In this document: positions 38,655 through 48,985 of the stretch, one piece after another
How positions within the stretch are numbered: the first letter of the stretch is position 1
How the letters are laid out: each line of letters starts with the position of its first letter
Assembly: GCA_023395575.1 (NCBI GenBank)
Contig: JAEWZA010000061.1
Coordinates: 1-49,266 of the forward strand
Reading direction: 5' to 3'
Source of the DNA: Bacillota bacterium
GTDB taxonomy: Bacteria > Bacillota > Clostridia > Acetivibrionales > DSM-1351
DNA length: 49,266 nt
Notes under the pieces: generated by a model
Seen by the model: the letters and a program-made list of their open reading frames with translations, nothing else
Database searches by the model: none
Told to the model about the DNA's origin: nothing
Position numbers and translations under genes: made by a program

Positions 38655-40343
38655 ATGTTAGGAAAAAAAAGGCTTGTAAGTTTGTTTTTAGCACTAGCAA
38701 TGATGGGTTCTGTTATGGCTGGCTGTGGCGGAAATACTGAATCAAAAGACAGTGGAACAGCTGCAAATACTACAGAATCAAAAGATGCTTCTCTCGATCC
38801 AATCGAAATAAGCTTTTTCATCTCTGACCCAGGTCAGGCAGCTACGCCAGACAATAAGATTTATAAGCTAATACAGGAAAAATTGGGTGTAACATGCAAT
38901 TTTGAATTTCTTGTAGGTGATAAAGATCAAAAAATAGGTGTTATGATTGCTGGCGGTGACTATCCAGATGTAGTTTCAGTTGACACATTTACTAATCCTA
39001 AGTTCACTGGTGCTGGAGCATTACTTCCACTTGAAGATTTAATAGCTGAACATGCTCCAAATCTTCAAAAGCATTATGAGCCATACAAAAACAAAGTTAG
39101 AGATTCAAATGATGGACATTTCTACATAATGCCTGATTACGGTGTGTTCTATAATGAGTATCAGACAAACATTTGGCAAGGACCTGCATTCTGGATACAG
39201 AAGGCTGTATTAGCTGAATTCGGATACCCACAGGTTAAGACATTAGACCAGTACTTTGATTTGATTGAAAAATATCAAACTAAGTATCCTGAAATAGATG
39301 GACAAAAAACTATAGGCTTTGAAGTACTATCAGATGGATGGCGAGATTTCTGCTTGAAGAATCCTCCTGAGCACTTGATGGGATATCCAAATGATGGCCA
39401 GGTAGTTGTTGATCCAGAGACAAATGTAGCAGAATTCTTCTGGGATAAAGATTATGCAAAGAGATACTACAAGAAGCTTAACGACATGTACAACAAGGGC
39501 TTAGTTGACCCAGAAACATTTACAATGAATTATGACCAGTACATGGCTAAATTATCTAGTGGTAGAGTTCTTGGTACATTTGATCAATTCTGGAACTTTA
39601 GTAATGCAGATTTAACACTTAAGCAGCAGAACAAAATTGAAAGAACATGGGCACCATGTGCTATAACATTTGATGAGAGCATTACTCCTTACTATCAGGA
39701 TAGAACTGTATTAAATGTTAATACTGGATTTGCTATAACTACTAGCTGTAAAGATCCTGAAAGAGTTATTAAATTCTTTGATACATTATTGACTGAAGAA
39801 TGGCAAACAATATTAGGTTGGGGTATTGAAGGAGAAGATTACTTCGTAGATGAAAACGGAGAATTTTATAGAAATGAACAACAACGTAGAGATTACGAAG
39901 ACCAATCTTGGAGACTTCAGAACATGGCATACTATTTATGGTATTATGCACCTAAGATGGAAGGTTCATTCTCAAATGGAAACGCATGTACACCAGGCTT
40001 CCAGAAAAAAGAATTCTATGAATCATTGTTAGATTACGATAAAGAATTCTTGAAGAAATATGGTTATGAAACTTGGACACAGTTCCTAAATGATCCTCCA
40101 GAAAATAGAGTATCATATCCAGCATGGGGAATTGACTTAGTAGATGGTTCACCTGCAAGCATGGCTAACACAAAGATAGGTGAAACAGGAACTAAATATC
40201 TTCCAAAGGCAATACTTGCAAAACCAGCTGATTTTGATAAAGTATGGGATGAATATGTAGCTGAGCTACAGAAGTGTGACATTCAAGCTTATTTGGATAG
40301 AATGAATGACCAGCTTAAGTGGAGAGCAGAAAACTGGAAGTAA
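38655..40343 (+). CDS. Carbohydrate ABC transporter solute-binding lipoprotein (LplA-like)
   Basis: Lipobox SVMAG|C, MIAGGDYPD, family 1 SBP size and layout; AAGGAGG RBS. Confidence 0.92.
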   Translation: MLGKKRLVSLFLALAMMGSVMAGCGGNTESKDSGTAANTTESKDASLDPIEISFFISDPGQAATPDNKIYKLIQEKLGVTCNFEFLVGDKDQKIGVMIAGGDYPDVVSVDTFTNPKFTGAGALLPLEDLIAEHAPNLQKHYEPYKNKVRDSNDGHFYIMPDYGVFYNEYQTNIWQGPAFWIQKAVLAEFGYPQVKTLDQYFDLIEKYQTKYPEIDGQKTIGFEVLSDGWRDFCLKNPPEHLMGYPNDGQVVVDPETNVAEFFWDKDYAKRYYKKLNDMYNKGLVDPETFTMNYDQYMAKLSSGRVLGTFDQFWNFSNADLTLKQQNKIERTWAPCAITFDESITPYYQDRTVLNVNTGFAITTSCKDPERVIKFFDTLLTEEWQTILGWGIEGEDYFVDENGEFYRNEQQRRDYEDQSWRLQNMAYYLWYYAPKMEGSFSNGNACTPGFQKKEFYESLLDYDKEFLKKYGYETWTQFLNDPPENRVSYPAWGIDLVDGSPASMANTKIGETGTKYLPKAILAKPADFDKVWDEYVAELQKCDIQAYLDRMNDQLKWRAENWK

Positions 40344-40364
40344 TTAATCAATTATATTGATTTG

Positions 40365-40400
40365 AGTCATTGGAGCATATGGAAATATGCTCCAATGATT
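40365..40400 (+). terminator. Intra-operon stem-loop after the SBP gene (internal terminator or mRNA stabiliser)
   Basis: 14-bp perfect stem TCATTGGAGCATAT-GGAA-ATATGCTCCAATGA with a GNRA loop and no long U tract. Confidence 0.75.
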
Positions 40401-40585
40401 ATAACGAGGCAACAAAGTGTTTCTGCATCTATACGTGGAGAGCACATATTTTGATATAAGATGGTGAAAATATCTCCCGCCTCGATGAAACGCCGCTAAA
40501 TGTAATAGCTCGAAAATAAAGTATGTACGAACAAGGTGCATTTTCGAGCCACAAAAACCACAACTGGTTTTTGACGGTGTATAAA
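40401..40585 (+). repeat. Two-stem intergenic element, copy B (homologous to 24135-24290)
   Basis: CGAGGC (40405-10)/GCCTCG (40479-84); ACGCCGCTAA (40490-99)/TTGACGGTGT (40571-80), enclosing GCTCGAAAAT/ATTTTCGAGC and CAAAAACCA/TGGTTTTTG. Confidence 0.6.
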
Positions 40586-40668
40586 TTTTTAAACATAGAA
40601 AAATTTCATTTTGAATCAAGGCGTATAGAAGATAAGGAAATTCTATTTCTGATTGACTGGAGGGCAGT

Positions 40669-41646
40669 ATGGCTAATAATATATCTGCTTTAAATGACAA
40701 CAAAAAACCAAGTGAGCAAATACAGTTATCATTAAAAACTAGTAAGTGGAAGCAAATAAAGAATCAAAAACAGCTGTTGTTCATGTCCGTGCCCTTACTA
40801 TTATACATATTAATATTCTCTTATGCACCAATATGGGGCTGGCTCATGGCTTTCCAGAATTATAAACCTGCTAAATCATTTTTTGATCAGAAGTGGGTTG
40901 GTCTGCAGCATTTTGAATATATATTTAAAGATGAAGCTTTCATAAGGGCTTTTAGAAATACCCTTAGTATGAGCGTAATTAATCTTGTACTTAGCTTTTT
41001 GACAGCAATAATGCTAGCATTGCTGTTAAATGAAATTAAGAATATATTTTTTAAGAGAACAATTCAAACAATATCTTATTTACCGCACTTCTTATCATGG
41101 ATAATTGTTTGTGGTATAGTTTCAACTACTTTATCTACAGAAAGCGGAATTATAAATGAAGTTTTATTGGCTTTAGGGATTGTTGACTCTCCTGTCTTAT
41201 GGCTGAGTGAGGGTAAGTATTTTTGGGGAATAGTTGGAGTAACCAATGTTTGGAAAGAACTTGGTTGGAATACCATTATTTATATAGCGGCTATAGCAGC
41301 AATAGATCCTGCACAATATGAAGCTGCTGACATGGATGGAGCGGGAAGATTCAGAAAAATGTGGAACGTAACTCTTCCGGGCATTAAACCTACAATTATT
41401 ATATTATTGATAATGAACATTGGCCGTGTTATGGATGCTGGTTTTGAAATTCAGTACATACTTGGTAATGGGTTGATATCTGATTGGTCTGAAACAATTG
41501 ATATTTATGTTTTGAAATATGGTATTAAGCAATTTAATTATTCATTAGCGACAGCAGCAGGAATTATACGAAGTGTAATCAGTATCATATTATTGTTTGC
41601 AGCAAACTTTGTAGCTAAAAAACTAGGCGAAGAAAGGCTTGTATAG
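40669..41646 (+). CDS. Carbohydrate ABC transporter permease (LplB-like)
   Basis: ISYLPHFLSW, WKELGWNTIIYIAA, EAA loop YEAADMDGAGRF. Confidence 0.93.
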   Translation: MANNISALNDNKKPSEQIQLSLKTSKWKQIKNQKQLLFMSVPLLLYILIFSYAPIWGWLMAFQNYKPAKSFFDQKWVGLQHFEYIFKDEAFIRAFRNTLSMSVINLVLSFLTAIMLALLLNEIKNIFFKRTIQTISYLPHFLSWIIVCGIVSTTLSTESGIINEVLLALGIVDSPVLWLSEGKYFWGIVGVTNVWKELGWNTIIYIAAIAAIDPAQYEAADMDGAGRFRKMWNVTLPGIKPTIIILLIMNIGRVMDAGFEIQYILGNGLISDWSETIDIYVLKYGIKQFNYSLATAAGIIRSVISIILLFAANFVAKKLGEERLV

Positions 41647-41655
41647 GGTGATGCT

Positions 41656-42570
41656 ATGAATATAAAACAAAGACAACTAAAGATAGGAGATGTAGTATTC
41701 AATACCTTCAATACGGTTTTTATGTTGATGTTGGCAGTTGTTACTCTTTATCCTTTTTTAAATACAATAGCAGTATCTTTTAATGATGGACTTGATACTA
41801 TCAGAGGTGGAATTTATCTCTGGCCAAGAATTTTTTCATTACAGAATTACAAGGCTGTTTTCTTCTCTGGGACTGTATATGATGCGTTTTTTGTTTCAAT
41901 AGCTAGGACAGTACTATCAACAGTATTAAATTTGTTCCTTACAACAATGCTATCTTACACCTTAAGTAGAAAGGAGTTTGTTTTAAGGAAGCAAATCACA
42001 GTTATATGTGTATTGACTATGTACTTTAATGCAGGACTTATACCTAACTACTTCTTGATAAAGGGATTAGGATTACTTAATAGTTTCTGGGTATATGTAA
42101 TACCTACACTTATATCAGCATTTAATATGATTGTTATAAGGACTTATATTCTCAGTATACCTGAAAGTTTAGTTGAATCAGCAAGAATTGATGGTGCAGG
42201 AGATTTTAGAATATTCCTTAAAGTAATATTCCCTCTATGCAAGCCTGTTCTTGCGACAATAGCTTTATTCGTAGCTGTTGGTTCATGGAATACATGGTTT
42301 GATACATTTATATATTGCTCATCAAAGCAAGAATTAAGTACTTTACAATATGAATTGATGAAATTACTATCATCTACTTCAAATGCAAATGCTAATCCAG
42401 CTATGGCAGCTGGTGTTGGTGCAAGTTCGCAGTCTGCATCAGGTTTGGTTACGCCACTTTCCATAAGGGCAGCAATAACTATTGTTGCTGCAATGCCAAT
42501 AATTGTGGTATATCCATTCCTTCAGAAGCACTTTATTGTTGGATTAAATGTTGGAAGCGTTAAAGAATAA
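41656..42570 (+). CDS. Carbohydrate ABC transporter permease (LplC-like)
   Basis: MYFNAGLIP, ESARIDGAG, PLCKPVLAT, YPFLQKHF...GSVKE. Confidence 0.93.
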   Translation: MNIKQRQLKIGDVVFNTFNTVFMLMLAVVTLYPFLNTIAVSFNDGLDTIRGGIYLWPRIFSLQNYKAVFFSGTVYDAFFVSIARTVLSTVLNLFLTTMLSYTLSRKEFVLRKQITVICVLTMYFNAGLIPNYFLIKGLGLLNSFWVYVIPTLISAFNMIVIRTYILSIPESLVESARIDGAGDFRIFLKVIFPLCKPVLATIALFVAVGSWNTWFDTFIYCSSKQELSTLQYELMKLLSSTSNANANPAMAAGVGASSQSASGLVTPLSIRAAITIVAAMPIIVVYPFLQKHFIVGLNVGSVKE

Positions 42571-42597
42571 ATTTTTCTATAAATAGGAGAAACGACT

Positions 42598-43821
42598 TTG
42601 GGCAAATATGCACATAGAATAGGTACAAAACTATTAAAGGTTGAATGCAAGAACGGAGTTCCTTTGAGCAATCAGCAAGTTGATATATGTCAGAAAAAGC
42701 ATAAGTTTCTTTTTGGATGTAGTGAATTTACATCAATAATGTATACAAATAACGAATTTAAGGATTCTGAAAATGAATTTTTTGAAGATCGTTACAATAA
42801 GTTTATAAATTTATTTAACTCCGTAACTCTGCCTTTTTATTGGGCAAATTTTGAACCGATAAAGGGGCAGCCTAAAACGGAAAAACTCAAAAAGGCAGCA
42901 AAGTGGTGGGAATCAAAAGGATTGGTGATAAAGGGTCATCCATTGTGCTGGCACACCTTGGCTCCACCATGGCTGCTTGAATTAAATAATGCCGATATTA
43001 TGAAGGAACAACTTAACCGCATATACAGAGATGTAACAGATTTTGCTGGACTAATTGATATGTGGGATGTAATAAATGAAGTTGTAATTATGCCTATATT
43101 TGATAAATACGATAATGGAATTACACGTATATGCAATGAAAAGGGCGCGATAGAGCTTGTCCGTGAGGTGTTTAGGGCAACAAAGGAATCCAACCCTAAT
43201 GCTGTTCTTCTTATAAATGATTTTAATACTTCGGAAGAATATGCTAGGACAATTGAAAGTCTTCTTGAAGCGGATGTCCCTATTGATGTTATTGGTATTC
43301 AGTCACATATGCATCAAGGCTACTGGGGCATAGAAAAGACAGAAAAGGTTCTTGAGAGATTTTCCCGTTTCAAGTTGCCAATACATTTTACTGAGAATAC
43401 ATTAGTGTCTGGGCATATAATGCCACCAGAAATTGAAGACCTTAATGATTATCAATTACCTGAATGGCCCACAACGCAAGATGGTGAAGAGAGACAGGCA
43501 AGAGAAGCAGCAATGCATTACAAGACACTTTTTGCTCATCCTCTAGTCGAATCAATAATCTGGTGGGATTTTGCAGATGGAGCATGGCTAGGTGCCCCCT
43601 CAGGCTTCATAACAAAGGAGAATAGAGTAAAACCAGTATATAATGAAATATATAACTTAGTGAAGAATGAGTGGTGGCTAAATAAACAGAGTTTTATTAC
43701 TGACGAAAATGGATTTATAGAGCTTAAAGGATATTTCGGCGAATATGAATTAACCTATAAAGGTGAAAATGTAACCTTTGAACTAAATAATGAACAGCAA
43801 AAAATAACCCTAAATGTGTAA
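42598..43821 (+). CDS. Glycoside hydrolase family 10 (endo-1,4-beta-xylanase-like), no signal peptide
   Basis: KGHPLCWH, WDVINE (acid/base), IND, IGIQSHM, IHFTE (nucleophile); TTG start after AGGAG. Confidence 0.9.
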   Translation: MGKYAHRIGTKLLKVECKNGVPLSNQQVDICQKKHKFLFGCSEFTSIMYTNNEFKDSENEFFEDRYNKFINLFNSVTLPFYWANFEPIKGQPKTEKLKKAAKWWESKGLVIKGHPLCWHTLAPPWLLELNNADIMKEQLNRIYRDVTDFAGLIDMWDVINEVVIMPIFDKYDNGITRICNEKGAIELVREVFRATKESNPNAVLLINDFNTSEEYARTIESLLEADVPIDVIGIQSHMHQGYWGIEKTEKVLERFSRFKLPIHFTENTLVSGHIMPPEIEDLNDYQLPEWPTTQDGEERQAREAAMHYKTLFAHPLVESIIWWDFADGAWLGAPSGFITKENRVKPVYNEIYNLVKNEWWLNKQSFITDENGFIELKGYFGEYELTYKGENVTFELNNEQQKITLNV

Positions 43822-43843
43822 ACATTAGGGTTTATTTTTTTTT
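43801..43843 (+). terminator. Terminator overlapping the GH10 stop codon
   Basis: AAATAACCCTAA ... TTAGGGTTTATTT followed by a T tract. Confidence 0.7.
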
Positions 43844-44234
43844 GGATAAAGAATTTATATGCTAAACATGTTAGAATAGCATTGATAATACCGAGCTGAA
43901 TTTGAATACTATAAAATTTCAAACAGATAATTTTCTGTTTTTGGGAATTGAAGAGGTCATTAACTTTTCCCATATAAAGGGGTGCAGAATAAACATAAAG
44001 TGTTTCAGCAAAGGAGGAAGTAGTTATTCTATAAGTGATTGTTGAGGCACTTTGCTAAAGGAGGAATTTGCAATAAATGAATGTTTAAGGTTCTTATTTT
44101 AGAAGCAAATACTTGCTTAGTTTGCTGCATTATTATACTAAAAGTTAGATTTTTATTATACATAAAAGGGTTATTTTTCAATACTATTGAATTATTTACA
44201 TAAATAATATATTATTGGTAATAAATAATTTAAA

Positions 44235-44337
44235 CTTGTTGTGCTAATTTATTTGCACTGAGTTCGCAGGTAAACTACTTATTGCTTATTACTTATACGG
44301 GAGTACAATTTTGAGAAATAAGATACTTAGTTAAAGA
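44235..44337 (-). repeat. Single-arm relative of the 11588-11866 palindromic element
   Basis: The reverse complement aligns by eye to 11630-11730, with exact AATAAGTAGTTTACCTG (17 nt) plus TTGTACTC, AACTCAG and TAGCACAAC. Confidence 0.75.
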
Positions 44338-44444
44338 TATTTGCTTGAAAATGATTACTCCAATGAAAAGTTGTCAATAAAACATGAATAGTTCACAATT
44401 GTTTAATAATAAAATTATGCCTGTATATGGCGCGGGAGGGTTAT

Positions 44445-47400
44445 ATGATAGTAGAAAAGTTTTTTGAGAATCCCAAAATACTTCATGTAAATACTATGGA
44501 TAACAGAGCATATTTTGTCCCGTATTCTAATGTTGATGAAGCTTTATCAGAAGACAGGACATGCTCAGGGCGATTTCATCTGCTAAATGGCTATTGGAAT
44601 TTTGAATATTTTAATAGTATTTATGATGTTACAGAAAAGTTTTATGAACCTGGATTTGATTTGTCCAGGTATAATAAAATACCTGTGCCAGGAGCATGGC
44701 AAAACTTTGGGTATGATAAACATCAGTATACAAATATCAAGTATCCGTTTCCATATGACCCTCCATATGTACCAACAGAGAACCCGTGCGGGGTATACGT
44801 CAGACATTTTGAAATTGATAGCAAATTTAATAATTTAAGAAAGTACCTAAATTTTGAAGGAGTAGATTCTTGTTTCTATCTTTGGATAAATGGCAATTTT
44901 GTAGGCTATAGTCAGGTATCACATGCAACAAGTGAATTTGATATTACAGATTATGTACAGGAAGGCACTAATACTATAGCAGTATTAGTGCTTAAATGGT
45001 GTGATGGCAGTTATTTTGAGGATCAAGACAAATTTAGAATGTCCGGAATTTTTAGAGATGTCTATATACTATTCAGACCTAAAGAGCATATAAGGGATTT
45101 CTTTGTTAAAATGGATTTGAAAAACGAATATAAACAGGCAGATATATCTATTCAACTGGAATATTTTAAAAATCAGATATCAGTAGATTATATACTTTTT
45201 GATGTTAACGAGAGAAATATAATACAAAAAGGTAAGGCAGACAGGGATTGTATCAATTTTACAATAAATCATCCCCAATTGTGGAATGCAGAAACACCAA
45301 ATCTGTATACTTTGGTTTTGAGCTCCGGTGATGAAGCAATTTCCACAAAACTAGGCATCAGAGAGATTAAAATAGTGGATAGAGTAGTATATTTAAATGG
45401 ACAAAAGGTGAAGTTTAAGGGAGTAAATCGTCATGACAGTAATCCAGTAACAGGGCCAGCTGTTACTAATGAGGATATGCTTTTAGACCTGATGATAATG
45501 AAGCAGCATAATATAAATGCAATCCGTACTAGCCACTATCCAAACTCGCCAGTCTTCTTAGAGTTCTGCGACAAATATGGATTTTATGTTATCGATGAGG
45601 CAGATATTGAAACCCATGGGACTACAACAATATATGTGGAAACTAAGGATGGCGGTGAATACCATCTATTGGCTCATAATCCTCTATACGAGGAAACTAT
45701 ATTGGATAGGGTGCAACGATGTGTTACGAGAGACAAAAATCGCCCTTGTGTGATAATTTGGTCTCTAGGGAATGAATCGGGATATGGCAGAAATTTTGAA
45801 AATGCTCTAAGGTGGATAAAAAGTTATGATAATAGCAGGCTTACACACTATGAAAGCGCATTATATCCACCATCTGGATATGCCTGCGATTACAGCAATT
45901 TAGATCTATATAGTAGAATGTATGCTTCTTGTGAAGATATAATCAGTTATTTCGAACAAAATAACTGGGACAAGCCTTTTATTCAGTGCGAATTTGTTCA
46001 TGCAATGGGAAATGGACCTGGAGACATTGAAGAGTATTATGATTTAATTGAAAAGTACGATGGCTTTTGTGGTGGTTTTGTTTGGGAATGGTGTGATCAT
46101 GCCATCTTCATGGGAAAAAGCGAAAAAGGTAGAGAAAAGTTTTACTACGGAGGAGATTTCGGAGAGTATCCAAATGATGGGAATTTCTGTATAGATGGAC
46201 TTGTTTATCCTGATAGAAGACCGTATACTGGACTTTTAGAGTACAAAAATGTTATAAGGCCTGTTAGAATAACTAAAGCCAATTTTAAGGATGGAAAAAT
46301 TACTATTAAAAATATGTTAGATTTCTATAATTTAAAGGACTATTTATATATTACTTATCAGGTGACTAAAGACGGACGTGTAATATATGATGGTGTTATA
46401 GAAGATAGCAGCATATTAAATGTAAAGCCCCACAAAGATAAAGTTATTTATCTTAATATAGATAAGATAAATGAAGGGAATTGCTATATTAAATTCAATT
46501 ACATCCAGAAAAATGATATGGAATTTACTAAAAAGGGGCATGTTTTGGGGTTTGACCAGATTGAAGTGTCTGTGGAAAAGAGATATGATACTAGCAGCAA
46601 AATTGATAGTATAATTAAAAAGGACATGATAGCACAAATTGGTTCAAATGTAGAAGGAACTGAATTAGGGGCAAATCAAGGAGTATTTGATAGCAATAAA
46701 CCAATAAATTCAGAACAGAACACTTTAAATATTAAAGAAAATGATCGGAATGTTTTTGTTACTGGTCAAAATTTTAAATACACATATAATAAAAATACAG
46801 GTGTATTTGACCAAATTGTATTCAACAATGAGATAATATTATCAAAGCCAATGAACTATAACATTTGGAGAGCACCAACAGATAACGATAAGATTATGTG
46901 CGAGAGGTGGAAAGCATGCGGATATGATAGAACTATTTCAAGAGCATACTCAACAACGGTTTCTCAATTGGGAAGCAGCATACGAATTGTAAGCGATTTA
47001 TCAATAACGGCTGTTCATATTCAGAGGATACTCAATATAAGCGCTCAATGGCTAATTGGAGATACTGGTACAGTGGCTTTTAATTTACAGGTTGAAAAAA
47101 ATATGGAAATGCCTTTCCTACCTAGGTTTGGACTCCGTTTCTTTCTTCCCAAGGAAATTAACAATGTAGAATACTTCGGATACGGCCCTTATGAAAGCTA
47201 TGCAGACAAGCATAGGGCCTCATATCTAGGGGAATTTAGGGCAAAAGTAAAGGATATGCATGAGGACTACATTAGACCACAGGAGAATGGAAGTCACTGG
47301 AATTGCCATTATGTAAAACTGCTTTCGGATGAAGGGGTGGGCTTAGCGGCTACAAATAACGAGACCTTTAGTTTTAATGTTTCGCACTATACACAGGAGG

Positions 47401-47582
47401 AGTTGGAGGCGAAGAAACACAATTTCGAGCTGGAGGAAAGTGACTACACTGTCCTTTGTCTTGACTATACACAGAGTGGAATAGGTTCAAACAGCTGTGG
47501 ACCAGAGCTTGCGAAAAAGTACAGGTTTGATGCTCAAAGGTTCGAGTTTAATATGACTTTTAAGCCAATTGTAGGAGCTTAG
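44445..47582 (+). CDS. Glycoside hydrolase family 2 beta-galactosidase (LacZ/EbgA-like)
   Basis: FEGVDS, EDQDKFRMSGIFRDV, KGVNRHD, IRTSHYP, WSLGNES, CEFVHAMGNGPG, GGFVWEW; ATG 44445 follows GGGAGGG; no signal peptide. Confidence 0.93.
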   Translation: MIVEKFFENPKILHVNTMDNRAYFVPYSNVDEALSEDRTCSGRFHLLNGYWNFEYFNSIYDVTEKFYEPGFDLSRYNKIPVPGAWQNFGYDKHQYTNIKYPFPYDPPYVPTENPCGVYVRHFEIDSKFNNLRKYLNFEGVDSCFYLWINGNFVGYSQVSHATSEFDITDYVQEGTNTIAVLVLKWCDGSYFEDQDKFRMSGIFRDVYILFRPKEHIRDFFVKMDLKNEYKQADISIQLEYFKNQISVDYILFDVNERNIIQKGKADRDCINFTINHPQLWNAETPNLYTLVLSSGDEAISTKLGIREIKIVDRVVYLNGQKVKFKGVNRHDSNPVTGPAVTNEDMLLDLMIMKQHNINAIRTSHYPNSPVFLEFCDKYGFYVIDEADIETHGTTTIYVETKDGGEYHLLAHNPLYEETILDRVQRCVTRDKNRPCVIIWSLGNESGYGRNFENALRWIKSYDNSRLTHYESALYPPSGYACDYSNLDLYSRMYASCEDIISYFEQNNWDKPFIQCEFVHAMGNGPGDIEEYYDLIEKYDGFCGGFVWEWCDHAIFMGKSEKGREKFYYGGDFGEYPNDGNFCIDGLVYPDRRPYTGLLEYKNVIRPVRITKANFKDGKITIKNMLDFYNLKDYLYITYQVTKDGRVIYDGVIEDSSILNVKPHKDKVIYLNIDKINEGNCYIKFNYIQKNDMEFTKKGHVLGFDQIEVSVEKRYDTSSKIDSIIKKDMIAQIGSNVEGTELGANQGVFDSNKPINSEQNTLNIKENDRNVFVTGQNFKYTYNKNTGVFDQIVFNNEIILSKPMNYNIWRAPTDNDKIMCERWKACGYDRTISRAYSTTVSQLGSSIRIVSDLSITAVHIQRILNISAQWLIGDTGTVAFNLQVEKNMEMPFLPRFGLRFFLPKEINNVEYFGYGPYESYADKHRASYLGEFRAKVKDMHEDYIRPQENGSHWNCHYVKLLSDEGVGLAATNNETFSFNVSHYTQEELEAKKHNFELEESDYTVLCLDYTQSGIGSNSCGPELAKKYRFDAQRFEFNMTFKPIVGA

Positions 47583-47669
47583 ATGGTTAAATAGAGCTAT
47601 AAGAGTTGTTATAATTAGGGTAACTTAATAATAAAATAATAACTTTTCAAAATAGGGGGGAATGTAAGT

Positions 47670-48191
47670 ATGAGTGAAACACTTAAAGTTTTGAAGGAGA
47701 GAAGAAGTGTTCGCAGATTCAAAGCTCAGCAGATTAGTGAAGAACAGCTTAACCAAATATTAGAAGCAGGAGAGTATGCTCCGAGTGGTATGGGAACTCA
47801 ATCGGCAATAATGGTAGCAGTTCAGAATAAAGAAATGGTTCAAAGACTATCAAAGCTCAATTCAAAATTTACCGGGGCACCTGACTCAGATCCATTTTAT
47901 GGTGCGCCTACCGTAATTGTAGTGTTAGCAGACAGTGAAAGAATAACTTGTGTGGAGAACGGTAGCCTTGTAATGGGCAATCTTATGAATGCAGCCTATG
48001 CTTTGGGAGTGAACTCCTGCTGGATTCACAGAGCAAGGGAAATGTTTGAAAGTGAAGAGGGACGAGAGCTTTTAAAGGAGTGGGGAATAAGAGACAGCTA
48101 TATTGGAATTGCAAATTGTATATTAGGATATTACGATGCTGAGTATCCTAAGGCCCACCCTAGAAAAACAGGTCGGGTTATTAAGGTTTGA
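47670..48191 (+). CDS. Nitroreductase family protein
   Basis: RRSVRRF, APSGMGTQ, LMNAAYALGVNSCWI. Confidence 0.92.
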   Translation: MSETLKVLKERRSVRRFKAQQISEEQLNQILEAGEYAPSGMGTQSAIMVAVQNKEMVQRLSKLNSKFTGAPDSDPFYGAPTVIVVLADSERITCVENGSLVMGNLMNAAYALGVNSCWIHRAREMFESEEGRELLKEWGIRDSYIGIANCILGYYDAEYPKAHPRKTGRVIKV

Positions 48192-48209
48192 TAGGCTTTT
48201 TAGCTAGAA

Positions 48210-48252
48210 ATTCAATACTGATATAGAAACACATTTCATATCAGTATTGAAT
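48210..48252. terminator. Stem-loop between the convergent nitroreductase and response regulator genes
   Basis: ATTCAATACTGATAT ... ATATCAGTATTGAAT. Confidence 0.75.
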
Positions 48253-48337
48253 AATGCTGTTTACGTAAATATGATGAATAAAATAACTGTATTGAGGTAA
48301 CAAAATGAATTCAGGATTTTCAAAAAAACTTTAGGCT

Positions 48338-48985
48338 TTATACGATACCGTTTTTTACAGCTAAAATTGCTAGTTGAGTTCTATCTTTAAGGTTAAGTTT
48401 TTTTAGAATTCCGGAAATTATATTTCGGACGCTTCCTTCTGTAAGATAAATGATGTTAGCTATTTCACTGTTACTTTTTCCTTCAACAATAAGCTTGATT
48501 ACACTTAATTCTCTATTGGATAAGTCTAACTTTAAACCCTTATTTTCAAGAATTGATATCTTTGCATGAGAATTAACCTTTTTTATAATATTACTATATG
48601 TATCTTTATGCATAACGCCTAGACCAGCTGCTACGCTTTTTACCGTTAAGAGTAACTTCTCTTGATTTATATCCTTTAGCATATAACCATCAGCCCCAGA
48701 ATTTAGTGCATTTTGTATTTTTTCATCATCGTTGAATACCGTGAGTATGACCACTTTTGTACGCTTACATTTAGATTTAATTAATCTTGTTCCCTCTACT
48801 CCGTCACAACCAGGCATTTCGATATCCATTAAAACAACATCTGGAGAGAACTGTTCACATAGTTTAAGTGCCTCCTTACCATTCTCAGCACATCCCACAA
48901 CTTTAATTTCTTTATCATGTTCAAGGATTCTTTTAATTCCCTCTCTAAAGAGTAATTGATCATCAGCTAACAGAACTTTTATCAT
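48338..48985 (-). CDS. NarL/LuxR family response regulator
   Basis: VLLADDQ, LMDIEMP, GYMLKD; HTH LSNRE...GKSNSEIA...EGSVRN. Confidence 0.93.
   Translation of the reverse strand: MIKVLLADDQLLFREGIKRILEHDKEIKVVGCAENGKEALKLCEQFSPDVVLMDIEMPGCDGVEGTRLIKSKCKRTKVVILTVFNDDEKIQNALNSGADGYMLKDINQEKLLLTVKSVAAGLGVMHKDTYSNIIKKVNSHAKISILENKGLKLDLSNRELSVIKLIVEGKSNSEIANIIYLTEGSVRNIISGILKKLNLKDRTQLAILAVKNGIV

Noticed and set aside
13304..48959. Remaining short antisense or out-of-frame ORFs inside large genes (e.g. 13304-13705, 20230-20616, 31913-32419, 36319-36756, 40344-40703)
   Set aside because: Typical shadow frames of well-supported genes, or spanning structured intergenic DNA.
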